Shown one piece after another: positions 50,165-58,809 of a stretch of DNA of 62,376 bases (position 1 is the first letter of the stretch; each line of letters opens with the position of its first letter). Where the stretch lies: NCBI GenBank assembly GCA_049453775.1, contig JBMTXT010000001.1:1-62376 (forward strand), in the 5' to 3' direction. The position numbers were made by a program, and so were the translations under genes. The notes beneath the pieces are model-generated. The model did not search any database, was not told where the DNA came from, and saw nothing but the letters and a program-made list of their open reading frames with translations. The stretch is from Gemmatimonadaceae bacterium (lineage in GTDB: Bacteria > Gemmatimonadota > Gemmatimonadetes > Gemmatimonadales > Gemmatimonadaceae).

Positions 50165-50234
50165 AAACGCCGGGAGCGCCTGCTGGCGCCCCCGGCGGTC
50201 GCGCCCCGAGCCATGCGCTCGGGGCGTTTGCGTT
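50165..50234. terminator. tandem hairpins between convergent genes (bidirectional termination)
   Basis: Hairpin 50168-50197 preceded by AAA; hairpin 50202-50226 (CGCCCCGAGC/GCTCGGGGCG) followed by TTTGCGTT. Confidence 0.65.
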
Positions 50235-50242
50235 CCCCCCCC

Positions 50243-52213
50243 TTACTGCGCGGCGAGGGCCTCCACGGCCTCGGCGAGCTTGGTGACGCGAGCGGAATCC
50301 TTCCCGCCGACGCTCTTCCGCACCGTGCCACCCAGCGCCTTGAGCGCCGCCTGCCGCTCGGCCCCACGCTTGGCCTCGGCCTCCGCCAGCGCCGCGCGGT
50401 ACGCCTTCACCTTGCTCCCCGAGACGCCTCCCGACCGCTCCAGCTGGTCCACGTAGGCGCGGGCGAGCGCGAAGCTCGCCGGCCAGACGATCTTCGGCTG
50501 CCCCTGGGGATTCAGGAAGTCGAAGCGCACCGTGTTGGCGGCGTCGATCTCGTTCTGCGTGAGCATGGCCGAGGGCTTGAGCGCGAAGACATCGAGCCCG
50601 CGCCCGATCTCCGAGCTGACGATCAGGCCGTTGTACCAGTAGACCGACCAGGAGCCGGCGTTCCCCATGCGGGAGCCGTCGATCGGCCCCCGGTCGTGGA
50701 AGGCGATCTCGACCGGGCGCTTGGCATCGGTCCAATCGAAGACCGAGATCCCCCCCTGGTACCAGGACTGCACCATGATGTCGCGGCCGGGCACGGGGAT
50801 CAGCTTCCCGTTGTGCGCGACGCAATTCTCCAGATTGGTCTGGGGCGCCGGCATCTTGTAGTAGCTCTGGAAGACCATCTGGCCGTTCTCGATCGCGAAG
50901 ATCGCGTTCGCGCCCCACTCCTTCGGATCGGTCGCGCGGCACTTCGGGCCACCGCCCCCGCCCCACTCGTCGGTGAAGAGGACCTTGGAGCCGTCGTTGC
51001 TGAAGGTCGCGGAGTGCCAGTAGGCGAAGTTCGAGTCCGCCACCGCGGCGATCCGCTTCGGGTTCACCGGGTCGCGGATATCGAGGAGGAGCCCGTAGCC
51101 CTCGCAGGCCCCGCCAGCGAGCCCGATGGCCGGATAGACGGTGATGTCATGGCACTGGGTCGGGCCGGGACGCGGGCCACGGCTCTGCCCCGGCGGGGTG
51201 AGCCCCACCATCTTCGCGACGATCCCGTCGATCGAGCCACGGAGCGTGGCGCTATCGGCCGCCGTCGGTGCGCCGCTGCCCCCCCGCGCCTTCACGATGC
51301 TGTCGAGCATCGGGCGGGTGAACTGCGGCGGGAGCATCATCGTCTGGCCTTCGATGGAGACCACGAAGGCCCCGCTCCGCTTGGCCTGCTCGAGCATCTT
51401 CTCCCGCTGGATCTTGTCCTCCGGCGCATCGCCATGGCGCGGCGGGGCGACGAGATCGTTGAAGATCCGGGGTGAGCTCACGATCGCGGCACGTGCCGGG
51501 TCCTTGAGCGGGACTTTGATCACCTCGATGCGGAAGAGCGCCGAGTTCGGGTCCTTGTCCGGCGTCTCGCGCACGCACCCGGGGAGCTCGTTGGGCGACC
51601 GGATCGGCGCCGAGCCCGAGATGTAGACGTAGACGTTCTCATCGTCCTTCGGGTCCTTGAGGACGGTGTGCGTGTGGGAGCCGCGGCAGGTCTGCACATT
51701 GCCGACGTTGCGCGGGTTCTTGATGTCGCTGATGTCGAAGATGCGGAGGCCACGGAGGCGGATCGCGCTCACCGTGTCACGCACCCCGCCGGGGGCGCAG
51801 TCGAGCCGCCCCTCGAGCCCTTCGCCGGAGACGAAGAGGAGGTTGCCATAGACCGAGACGTCGCTCTGCGAGGCCGGGCAGACGAGCTGGGCGGCGAGGA
51901 CGGGCTGCCGCGGGTTCGAGAGATCCCAGACCTGGTAGCCGCTGTAATTCCCCTGGATCGCGTACTTCCCGGAGAAGGCGAGGTCCGAGTTGGTCGACGA
52001 CGCGAACGGCTCCGGCGACGGGGTCGCGGAGAGAAGGTCGAGGTTCCAGATCGCCTCGCCGGCGTCCCGCAGCCCCGCCTTGAGGCCGACCCGGGGATCG
52101 GGGCTGGGCGCCATGCCGACCGTGGGCGCCACCGATGGGGCGCAGGCCGCGACCGCGACGGTCGCAAGCAGCGCGAGGAGGGGACGGACATGATTGCCTG
52201 TGGAGCGTGCCAT
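50243..52213 (-). CDS. LVIVD-repeat beta-propeller lipoprotein
   Basis: Lipobox VAAC; repeats YQVWDLSNP, LRIFDISDIKNP, LLLDIRDPVNP, ISVFDWTDAKRP; His/Cys motifs GSHTHT, CHD, YWHS, CVAHN. Confidence 0.82.
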   Translation of the reverse strand: MARSTGNHVRPLLALLATVAVAACAPSVAPTVGMAPSPDPRVGLKAGLRDAGEAIWNLDLLSATPSPEPFASSTNSDLAFSGKYAIQGNYSGYQVWDLSNPRQPVLAAQLVCPASQSDVSVYGNLLFVSGEGLEGRLDCAPGGVRDTVSAIRLRGLRIFDISDIKNPRNVGNVQTCRGSHTHTVLKDPKDDENVYVYISGSAPIRSPNELPGCVRETPDKDPNSALFRIEVIKVPLKDPARAAIVSSPRIFNDLVAPPRHGDAPEDKIQREKMLEQAKRSGAFVVSIEGQTMMLPPQFTRPMLDSIVKARGGSGAPTAADSATLRGSIDGIVAKMVGLTPPGQSRGPRPGPTQCHDITVYPAIGLAGGACEGYGLLLDIRDPVNPKRIAAVADSNFAYWHSATFSNDGSKVLFTDEWGGGGGPKCRATDPKEWGANAIFAIENGQMVFQSYYKMPAPQTNLENCVAHNGKLIPVPGRDIMVQSWYQGGISVFDWTDAKRPVEIAFHDRGPIDGSRMGNAGSWSVYWYNGLIVSSEIGRGLDVFALKPSAMLTQNEIDAANTVRFDFLNPQGQPKIVWPASFALARAYVDQLERSGGVSGSKVKAYRAALAEAEAKRGAERQAALKALGGTVRKSVGGKDSARVTKLAEAVEALAAQ

Positions 52214-52293
52214 GCAGGTGCCTCAGGTGAGGGTCAGGGGTGGGACAGGGCCAACGGTCCAGCGAACGACGACAGCCGATCAACCATACGACA

Positions 52294-53031
52294 TCAGGGC
52301 GCGGCGCGATTCACCACGAGCTGCACCAGCATGAGCTCCATCCGGGCGATCTCGGTGGTCTGATCCACATTCACGTCGGCGGCGAACTTGAAGACGGTGA
52401 GCTCCTCCCCACCCCCCGGGGTGGCGAAGAGCGTCGCGACCATCGCGACCGCGCCCCGATGGTGTTGGATCATCTTACGCAGGAAGAGCTCGTCGAAGGC
52501 GGTGTCGCGGGCGCGGCCGAGCGCGAGCACCTCGTCTTCGGTGAGCATCCCGGGCATGAGCATGTCGTGACTCATCCCCTCCATCTCATGCCGCATCCCC
52601 ATCGGGCGCGCCTCCTGCACCGGCTGCTGCCGATCGGCGAGCCAGGTCTGCATGATGCGGATCTCATCCTCCTGCGCGTTGATGATCCGCGAGGCGAGGA
52701 CGAGGATCGCCCGGTTCTTCGTCCGCGTGGGGGCAAGTCGCGACATCGCGACCGCCTGCGCATGGTGACTGATCATCCCCTGCATGAACTCCACATCGGC
52801 GCTCGTGTAGGGGAGCTTCGCGCTGTCGGCGCGCGCCTTGGCGATCGCCGCGGGGGTCGAGGGGCCGACGGTGGGGACCACCGGGGCGTCGGGGAAGCCG
52901 GTGAAGGCCTCCGCCGCCGGGGCGCTCACGGGCACCGGGCCGGTGGCGATGGGCGCTGTGGGGGCACAGGCGGTGAAGAAGAGCACACCGAGGCACGCGG
53001 CCGCGCCGCGCAGCTGCTGGACTCGCATCAT
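52294..53031 (-). CDS. DUF305 (CopM-like, ferritin-like) lipoprotein
   Basis: Lipobox FTAC; MISHHAQAVAM...QEDEI and MIQHHRGAVAM...QTTEI; Met/His-rich linker. ATG at 53031 overlaps the upstream stop. Confidence 0.88.
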   Translation of the reverse strand: MMRVQQLRGAAACLGVLFFTACAPTAPIATGPVPVSAPAAEAFTGFPDAPVVPTVGPSTPAAIAKARADSAKLPYTSADVEFMQGMISHHAQAVAMSRLAPTRTKNRAILVLASRIINAQEDEIRIMQTWLADRQQPVQEARPMGMRHEMEGMSHDMLMPGMLTEDEVLALGRARDTAFDELFLRKMIQHHRGAVAMVATLFATPGGGEELTVFKFAADVNVDQTTEIARMELMLVQLVVNRAAP

Positions 53032-53621
53032 CCCTCCCCGCCGGCCACCGCCGACGGCATGAACAGGTCGATCTGGGGGGCGATCAGGTCGAGTTGGAGG
53101 TGCTCCACCACCTTCCGTGACCACCAAGGCCGCTCCGCCACCTCGAGTCGCATCACCGGCACCTCAAACGCCGCGATCAGCTCGTCGATCGTCTCGTCGA
53201 TCTCCCGCTGGAAGGCGAGGCTCACCGCCCGCGTCCCGTCGAAGGTCGGCGGCGCCGTCACCGGCACCTTGATCAGGGCGTCGTAGGTCCTGACCCAGTC
53301 CCGGACGAGGGCATCGAGCGCCACCTGCCGACCGGCGCGCGCCACGAGGTACGCGTAGTTGTCGAGCACCGAGCGATCACAGACCACGACCTCGGCCTGC
53401 GCCCCGACCGCGATCTCCTCCGCGATCTGGGCATGGAGGATCCAGGTCTGTGCCTCGATCGTGGTGCCCTCATTGATCGGGAGGGGGCAGCGGCGCGCGA
53501 CCTCCTTCACGAGGTCCACCGTCTGGTCGCGGCGTTTGAGCTCCGCCGCGAGCTCGTAGCAGAGCGTGGTCTTCCCCACCCCATGGGTACCGACGAAGGC
53601 GACCTTTCGTGCACCGGCCAT
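53028..53621 (-). CDS. AAA_28 / NadR-like P-loop NTPase (nucleoside-kinase-like)
   Basis: GTHGVGKTT Walker A, EVAR, VVCDRSVLD. Confidence 0.8.
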   Translation of the reverse strand: MAGARKVAFVGTHGVGKTTLCYELAAELKRRDQTVDLVKEVARRCPLPINEGTTIEAQTWILHAQIAEEIAVGAQAEVVVCDRSVLDNYAYLVARAGRQVALDALVRDWVRTYDALIKVPVTAPPTFDGTRAVSLAFQREIDETIDELIAAFEVPVMRLEVAERPWWSRKVVEHLQLDLIAPQIDLFMPSAVAGGEG

Positions 53622-53696
53622 AAGTGCGGGAAGTTAGCGATGGGGGGAGGGAGGTGGAACGCTTGGGGCGCGGCCGAGGGCGACCACCGGAGAATC

Positions 53697-53745
53697 TTGA
53701 CGGGAACCGCATGCGGGGGCACTTTGTCCACGTACCGAACAAAGA
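53697..53745 (+). promoter_or_regulatory. putative promoter (TTGACG-N17-CACTTT) overlapped by a ROK/XylR-type operator ACTTTGTCC-N7-GAACAAAGA
   Basis: Imperfect 25-bp palindrome at 53721-53745 covers the -10 and start site; a ROK regulator is encoded in the same locus. Confidence 0.6.
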
Positions 53746-53785
53746 TTCCCAATTCTATCCTACGGCCTGTCCGGAGGCTCCCCCG

Positions 53786-56700
53786 ATGCGGTCCACCCCG
53801 GTGTTGCGCCTTCTCTTGGCAGGTGGGTTACTCGCCCCCGCGCTCCCTACACCGCTCTCCGCACAGGACCAGCCCCGGCGCCCCGCACCAGCCACCGCGA
53901 CCGACCCCGCGCCGAGCGCCTCGCCCACCATCCGCGTCGTCCGCGACAGCCTTGGCCATCGCCTCGAGGTCGATGGGCGGTCGCTGATGATCAATGGGGT
54001 GAATTGGGATTACATCCCGATCGGGGAGAACTACGCCTACAACCTCTGGACGCAGCCCGACGCCTTCATCGTCGAGGCGCTCGATCGTGAGATGCGACTC
54101 GTCCAGCGTATGGGGGCGAACGCCATCCGCGTCTATGCGGGGATCCCGCCGCGCTGGATCAAACACATCTACGAGCGCTACGGGATCTTCACCATGGTGA
54201 ACCACGCCCTGGGGCGCTATGGCGTGACGATCGATGGCCTTTATCGCCCGCAGACCGACTACTCCGACCCGCGCGTCCGACGGCTGATCACCGAGGAGGT
54301 CCTGATCCTGGTGCGCGAGCTCCGCGGGACCCCCGGCCTCCTGGCCTGGTTGCTCGGGAACGAGAACAACTACGGGCTCAGCTGGCGCTCGGCCGAGACC
54401 GAGGCGCTCCCTGTCGGGGAGCGGGATGCCGCCCGCGCTCGGTATCTCTACTCCCTGGTGGGGGAGGTGGCTCGCGCGGTGAAGGCGGAGGACCCGGCGC
54501 ATCCGGTCGCCTATGCCAACGGCGACCTGCAGTACGTGGACCTCATCGCCCAGGAGGCGAAGGGGATCGACATCCTCGGCGCCAACGTCTATCGCGGGGC
54601 CTCCTTCCGAGACTTCTTCGACGTGGTCGAGGCGAAGCTCGGGATCCCGGTCCTCTTCACCGAGTTCGGCGCCGATGCGTGGAACGAGCGTGAGCAGCGC
54701 GAGGACCAGGAGGCCCAGGCGCGCTATCTGGTGGCGCAGTGGGAGGAGATCTACGGGCATGCCGCCGGGCAGCGACGCCCGGGCAACGCGATCGGTGGCT
54801 TCACCTTCCAATGGAGCGATGGGTGGTGGAAGTTCGGTCAGGAGTCACGACTCGATATCCATGACGTGAACGCCTCCTGGCCGGCCGACGCCTACCCGCA
54901 TGATTTCGTGCCGGGCGAGAACAACATGAACGAGGAGTGGTGGGGGATCGTCGCCAAGGGTCCGACGGACGGCCGCGGCCTGATCACCCTGCATCCGCGC
55001 GCCGCCTACTACGCGCTGCAGCGAATCCATGCGATCGACCCCTATGCGCCAGGGACCACGCTCGCTGCGATGCGCCGCCAGTTCGCGCAGATCGATCCCG
55101 CGGGACTCACGGCTCAGGCGCGGGCGGAGCGCGCCGGGTCGGGGGCCGAGTCGAGTGCCCTCCGCCTGAAGGGCATGCGCCTCGAACTCTCGACCTACCT
55201 GACCGGGGGTCAATCGATCCGCACCCCGCCGTCGGATACGCCGAGCGAGACCGATCGCCCCGCGTTCACGGGGTTCGACCGCATGGAGTCGTTCTACGTC
55301 GAGATGGAGGCGAAACCCTCGGAGCGCCTTCAGGCCGCCCTCGCGGTGAACATCCTCGGCCATGTCCCTGAAAACCCGATCGACGAGATCTTCTACGAGA
55401 ATCGTGGGCGCGTACGGACCATCGCCCTCGGCTCGGGCGAGACATTGGCGAGCGATGGCCTCGAGCGACTGAAGGTGTATCGCGCCCACGTCACCTGGGA
55501 TGCGCCGCAGTTCCGATTGGAGGCCTTCCATCGCTCGGGGCACTACCACTGGGGATACGAAGGCGACTTCTTCGGCGTCTACCGCGAAGCGAACTATGGG
55601 CGCAACATCGACATCTACAACGCGGTGGCGCCGATGGGGATGGAGGTGACGGGTAAGCGCCGGCTCGAGGGCCTCAAGGTCGCGATCGGCCCGGAGCTCT
55701 GGTGGGGCGCGAACCCCGCGGCCCTGTTCAAGTATCGGCGCCGGATCGCCGGCATCGACATCACGGGCCTCTATCATGAGGATCTCGCGCGGATCCCCGT
55801 AGGCTCGACGACGAGTTCCCTCGCGATCCCGCTCCCGCCGACGCGACGCGTCTCGCTTCATCTCGCGACGACGGTCGCGGGCGTCGGCGTGGATCTCGGG
55901 GGCATCTGGGCGGGCTCTACCCGAGTCGGTGAGACGTTCCAATGGGTCGAGGGCGGGGCCGGCCGCATGGAGGTGCTCGCGGACAAGATCCGTGCCAGCG
56001 ACACCTTTGGCGCGAAGGCCAAGGTCTCCTTCTCCCGCGGCCGCGTGAACTGGTACGCGCAGGGCGCCGTGATGGGCCTCGTCGCCGACGGGGGTCCCAC
56101 CGCGGTCCAAACCTTCACGGGGTGGTGGCTGCGCGACACGGGGATGAGCAACCAGTGGAATGCGATGACGGGGATGACCTACTCCATCGGTGCTCTCCAG
56201 ATCGCCCCGAACGTCCTCATCCAGCAGCCGCTAGTCGGCCCGATCCCGCAGGGGGCACCGGCTCCCGCGCGTCTGCGCAATGTGCTCCGGGATCCGTTCG
56301 TCGTGCGCGCCAATCGTGAGATGGCGGCCGGGGAACTCCTCCTCACCTGGGATCCCACCCCGGCGACCTGGATGTATCAATGGGATAACGATGTGCGCGA
56401 GGACGCGCGGTTCGCCGCGAGCCTCGCCTATACATATAAACATCAGCCGACCGGGATGGATGCGGCGATCGGCATCCTCGGCGATGGACGGACCCCCTTC
56501 GCCTTCCCGGCCTCGACCCCCGCGCGGGATCTCTGGGAGGTGCGCGCTCGAGTGGTGACGCGCGTGGGACCGACCCTCCGTCTCATCGCGAACGCCTACG
56601 GCGGGACGGCCGAGCCCAACGGCAATAGCCAGCGGCTCGTCTCGCGCGTCGGCGGGGACCTTCGCCTCGTCTCCGGCCCCCTCAAGGTGATCGGGTCGGC

Positions 56701-56992
56701 TCGCTTTAACGATTTCGGTCCCTATGACTACCACCGAGATTTCAACCTGACCTTCCCGGCCCAGTTCATGACCGACGTCGCCTATGTCTTTGGTAAGCCG
56801 CAGTGGTTCGATCTCCCCGAGACCAAGCTTGGACTCCGCGGCACCTGGCGCTCGCTTGACCGCTATTCTCCACGGTACTGCCCGACGACCACGACGACCG
56901 CAGCCGGCGATACGGTCTGTGATGGCGGGGCGCCCGGCTTCCCGCTCGGACGCGAATGGGAGATCCGCAGCTACCTGACGGTGGCCTGGTGA
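53786..56992 (+). CDS. secreted GH2-like TIM-barrel glycoside hydrolase fused to a probable outer-membrane beta-barrel (1068 aa)
   Basis: GGAGG Shine-Dalgarno, signal peptide LSA-Q, clan GH-A-type GNENNY and FTEFG; C-terminal half has alternating beta-strands and ends YLTVAW. Confidence 0.75.
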   Translation: MRSTPVLRLLLAGGLLAPALPTPLSAQDQPRRPAPATATDPAPSASPTIRVVRDSLGHRLEVDGRSLMINGVNWDYIPIGENYAYNLWTQPDAFIVEALDREMRLVQRMGANAIRVYAGIPPRWIKHIYERYGIFTMVNHALGRYGVTIDGLYRPQTDYSDPRVRRLITEEVLILVRELRGTPGLLAWLLGNENNYGLSWRSAETEALPVGERDAARARYLYSLVGEVARAVKAEDPAHPVAYANGDLQYVDLIAQEAKGIDILGANVYRGASFRDFFDVVEAKLGIPVLFTEFGADAWNEREQREDQEAQARYLVAQWEEIYGHAAGQRRPGNAIGGFTFQWSDGWWKFGQESRLDIHDVNASWPADAYPHDFVPGENNMNEEWWGIVAKGPTDGRGLITLHPRAAYYALQRIHAIDPYAPGTTLAAMRRQFAQIDPAGLTAQARAERAGSGAESSALRLKGMRLELSTYLTGGQSIRTPPSDTPSETDRPAFTGFDRMESFYVEMEAKPSERLQAALAVNILGHVPENPIDEIFYENRGRVRTIALGSGETLASDGLERLKVYRAHVTWDAPQFRLEAFHRSGHYHWGYEGDFFGVYREANYGRNIDIYNAVAPMGMEVTGKRRLEGLKVAIGPELWWGANPAALFKYRRRIAGIDITGLYHEDLARIPVGSTTSSLAIPLPPTRRVSLHLATTVAGVGVDLGGIWAGSTRVGETFQWVEGGAGRMEVLADKIRASDTFGAKAKVSFSRGRVNWYAQGAVMGLVADGGPTAVQTFTGWWLRDTGMSNQWNAMTGMTYSIGALQIAPNVLIQQPLVGPIPQGAPAPARLRNVLRDPFVVRANREMAAGELLLTWDPTPATWMYQWDNDVREDARFAASLAYTYKHQPTGMDAAIGILGDGRTPFAFPASTPARDLWEVRARVVTRVGPTLRLIANAYGGTAEPNGNSQRLVSRVGGDLRLVSGPLKVIGSARFNDFGPYDYHRDFNLTFPAQFMTDVAYVFGKPQWFDLPETKLGLRGTWRSLDRYSPRYCPTTTTTAAGDTVCDGGAPGFPLGREWEIRSYLTVAW

Positions 56993-58809
56993 GCGCCCCC
57001 ACCATGCCCCGTCCTACCGATGCGATGACGGTGGAGTCCCGCGTCGAGACCTGGCTCGCGCGCCTGCGGCTCGAAGAGAAGCTCGGCCAGATGATCATGG
57101 GGGAACGCGCATCCACCACGCCGGAGGACGTCCGCGAATGCCACCTCGGCGCCGTCTTGAGTGGATCAGGGTCGGTTCCCGGCGCGAACACGCCAGCCGA
57201 CTGGGTCGCGCTCAATGATGCCTATTGGGCGGCCTCGATGGACGATACGGGCGACCGGTCGCCGATTCCCCTCCTCTACGCCGTGGATGCCGTGCACGGG
57301 CACGCGAACGTGCGCGGCGCGACCATCTTCCCCCACCAGATCGGGCTTGGCGCCGCACGGGATCCTGACCTGATCGAGCGGTTCGCGCGCGTCTGCGCCG
57401 CCGAGGTGCTCGCCACCGGACTCGACTGGAACTTCGCGCCGACGCTCGCCGTGGTGCAGAACGTCCAGTGGGGTCGCACCTACGAGAGCTTCTCGGACGA
57501 CCCGGCCCTGGTCGCCGCGTATGCCGGGCGGTTTGTGACCGGCATGCAAGGCACCCTCGACGACGATGGGGTCCTCGCGTGCGCGAAGCACTTCATCGGG
57601 GACGGCGCGACCGCGGAAGGGATCGATCAGGGCGATGCAACCCTGACGATGGACCAGCTGGAACGCACGCACCTCCCTCCCTACCTCGCCGCCCTGCGCG
57701 CTGACGTGCAGACCGTCATGGTCTCATTCAATAGCGTCAATGCGGTGAAGTGCCATGCGCATCGCGAGCTCCTCACCGATCTCCTCAAGGGCCGGCTCGG
57801 CTTCACCGGCCTCGTCGTCTCGGACTGGGACGGCGTGGACCAGGTCGACGACCAGCTGGAGACGGCGATCATCCACTCGGTGAATGCGGGCGTCGACATG
57901 ATCATGTGCGCGACCGATTGGCGCCGTCGCCTCGAGGGGCTGGCGTCCAGTGTCGCCTCCGGTGAAATCCCAATGACTCGGATCGATGACGCAGTGCGCC
58001 GGATCCTGCGTGTGAAGCTCCGCGCCGGGCTCTTCGACCGCCCCCGTCCCTCGGCCCGACCCGGCGTCGCACAGGCGCGCCTCGGGAGCGCGGCGCACCG
58101 AGCCGTGGCACGCGAGGCGGTCCGTCGGTCCCTCGTGCTCCTCCGCCACGAAGGAGCGGTGCTCCCGCTGCGCCCCACGCAGCGCATCCTCGTCGCCGGC
58201 AAGCACGCGGACGACGTCAGTCATCAGTGCGGGGGATTCAGCGCCGCCTGGCAGGGGACGCACGGCAACGAGGCGATCGAAGGAGGCACCTCGATCTGGC
58301 AGGCCATCCGTGCGCGGATGGCGGATGCGACCCTCAGCTTGGATGGGAGTGCTGCCGACGCCGATCGGCACGATGTCGCGGTCGTGGTGATCGGTGAGAT
58401 GCCATATGCCGAGGGGATGGGGGACATCCGTCCGGGGGGGCACATCACGCCCCCGCTCCCCGGCGGGCTCCGCACGGCCAACCTCGAGCCGTATGGCACG
58501 ACCCTTGAGCTCGCCGCGCTGCACCCCGAGGATCTCGCGACGATCGAGACGATCCGCGCGCGTGGGATCCCGGTCGTCACCGTGCTCCTCTCCGGGCGCC
58601 CACTCCTCGTCGATCGGGAACTGCAGGCCTCGGCAGCCTTCGTCGCGGCCTGGCTGCCAGGATCAGAAGGGGCTGGCGTGGTGGACGTCTTGATGGGGGA
58701 CACCCCATTCACTGGGGTGCTTCCCCTCGCGTGGCCGGCGGCCGCCCCCGCCCCTGACGGCCGCGCGCCGACGCGATTCCCGCGCGGTTACGGCCTCACG
58801 CTGGCGTGA
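56989..58809 (+). CDS. GH3 beta-glucosidase / exo-beta-glucan glucohydrolase, no signal peptide
   Basis: DAVHGH, FPHQIGLGA, WGRTYESF, CAKHFIGDG, VVSDW nucleophile, PYAEG, AWLPGSEG. GTG at 56989 overlaps the upstream stop; ATG 57004 is the alternative. Confidence 0.92.
   Translation: MSAPTMPRPTDAMTVESRVETWLARLRLEEKLGQMIMGERASTTPEDVRECHLGAVLSGSGSVPGANTPADWVALNDAYWAASMDDTGDRSPIPLLYAVDAVHGHANVRGATIFPHQIGLGAARDPDLIERFARVCAAEVLATGLDWNFAPTLAVVQNVQWGRTYESFSDDPALVAAYAGRFVTGMQGTLDDDGVLACAKHFIGDGATAEGIDQGDATLTMDQLERTHLPPYLAALRADVQTVMVSFNSVNAVKCHAHRELLTDLLKGRLGFTGLVVSDWDGVDQVDDQLETAIIHSVNAGVDMIMCATDWRRRLEGLASSVASGEIPMTRIDDAVRRILRVKLRAGLFDRPRPSARPGVAQARLGSAAHRAVAREAVRRSLVLLRHEGAVLPLRPTQRILVAGKHADDVSHQCGGFSAAWQGTHGNEAIEGGTSIWQAIRARMADATLSLDGSAADADRHDVAVVVIGEMPYAEGMGDIRPGGHITPPLPGGLRTANLEPYGTTLELAALHPEDLATIETIRARGIPVVTVLLSGRPLLVDRELQASAAFVAAWLPGSEGAGVVDVLMGDTPFTGVLPLAWPAAAPAPDGRAPTRFPRGYGLTLA

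Noticed and set aside
53624-53785. 54-aa N-terminal extension of the 1122-aa ORF
   Set aside because: This stretch holds the promoter/operator. GGAGG plus ATG 53786 gives a proper signal peptide.
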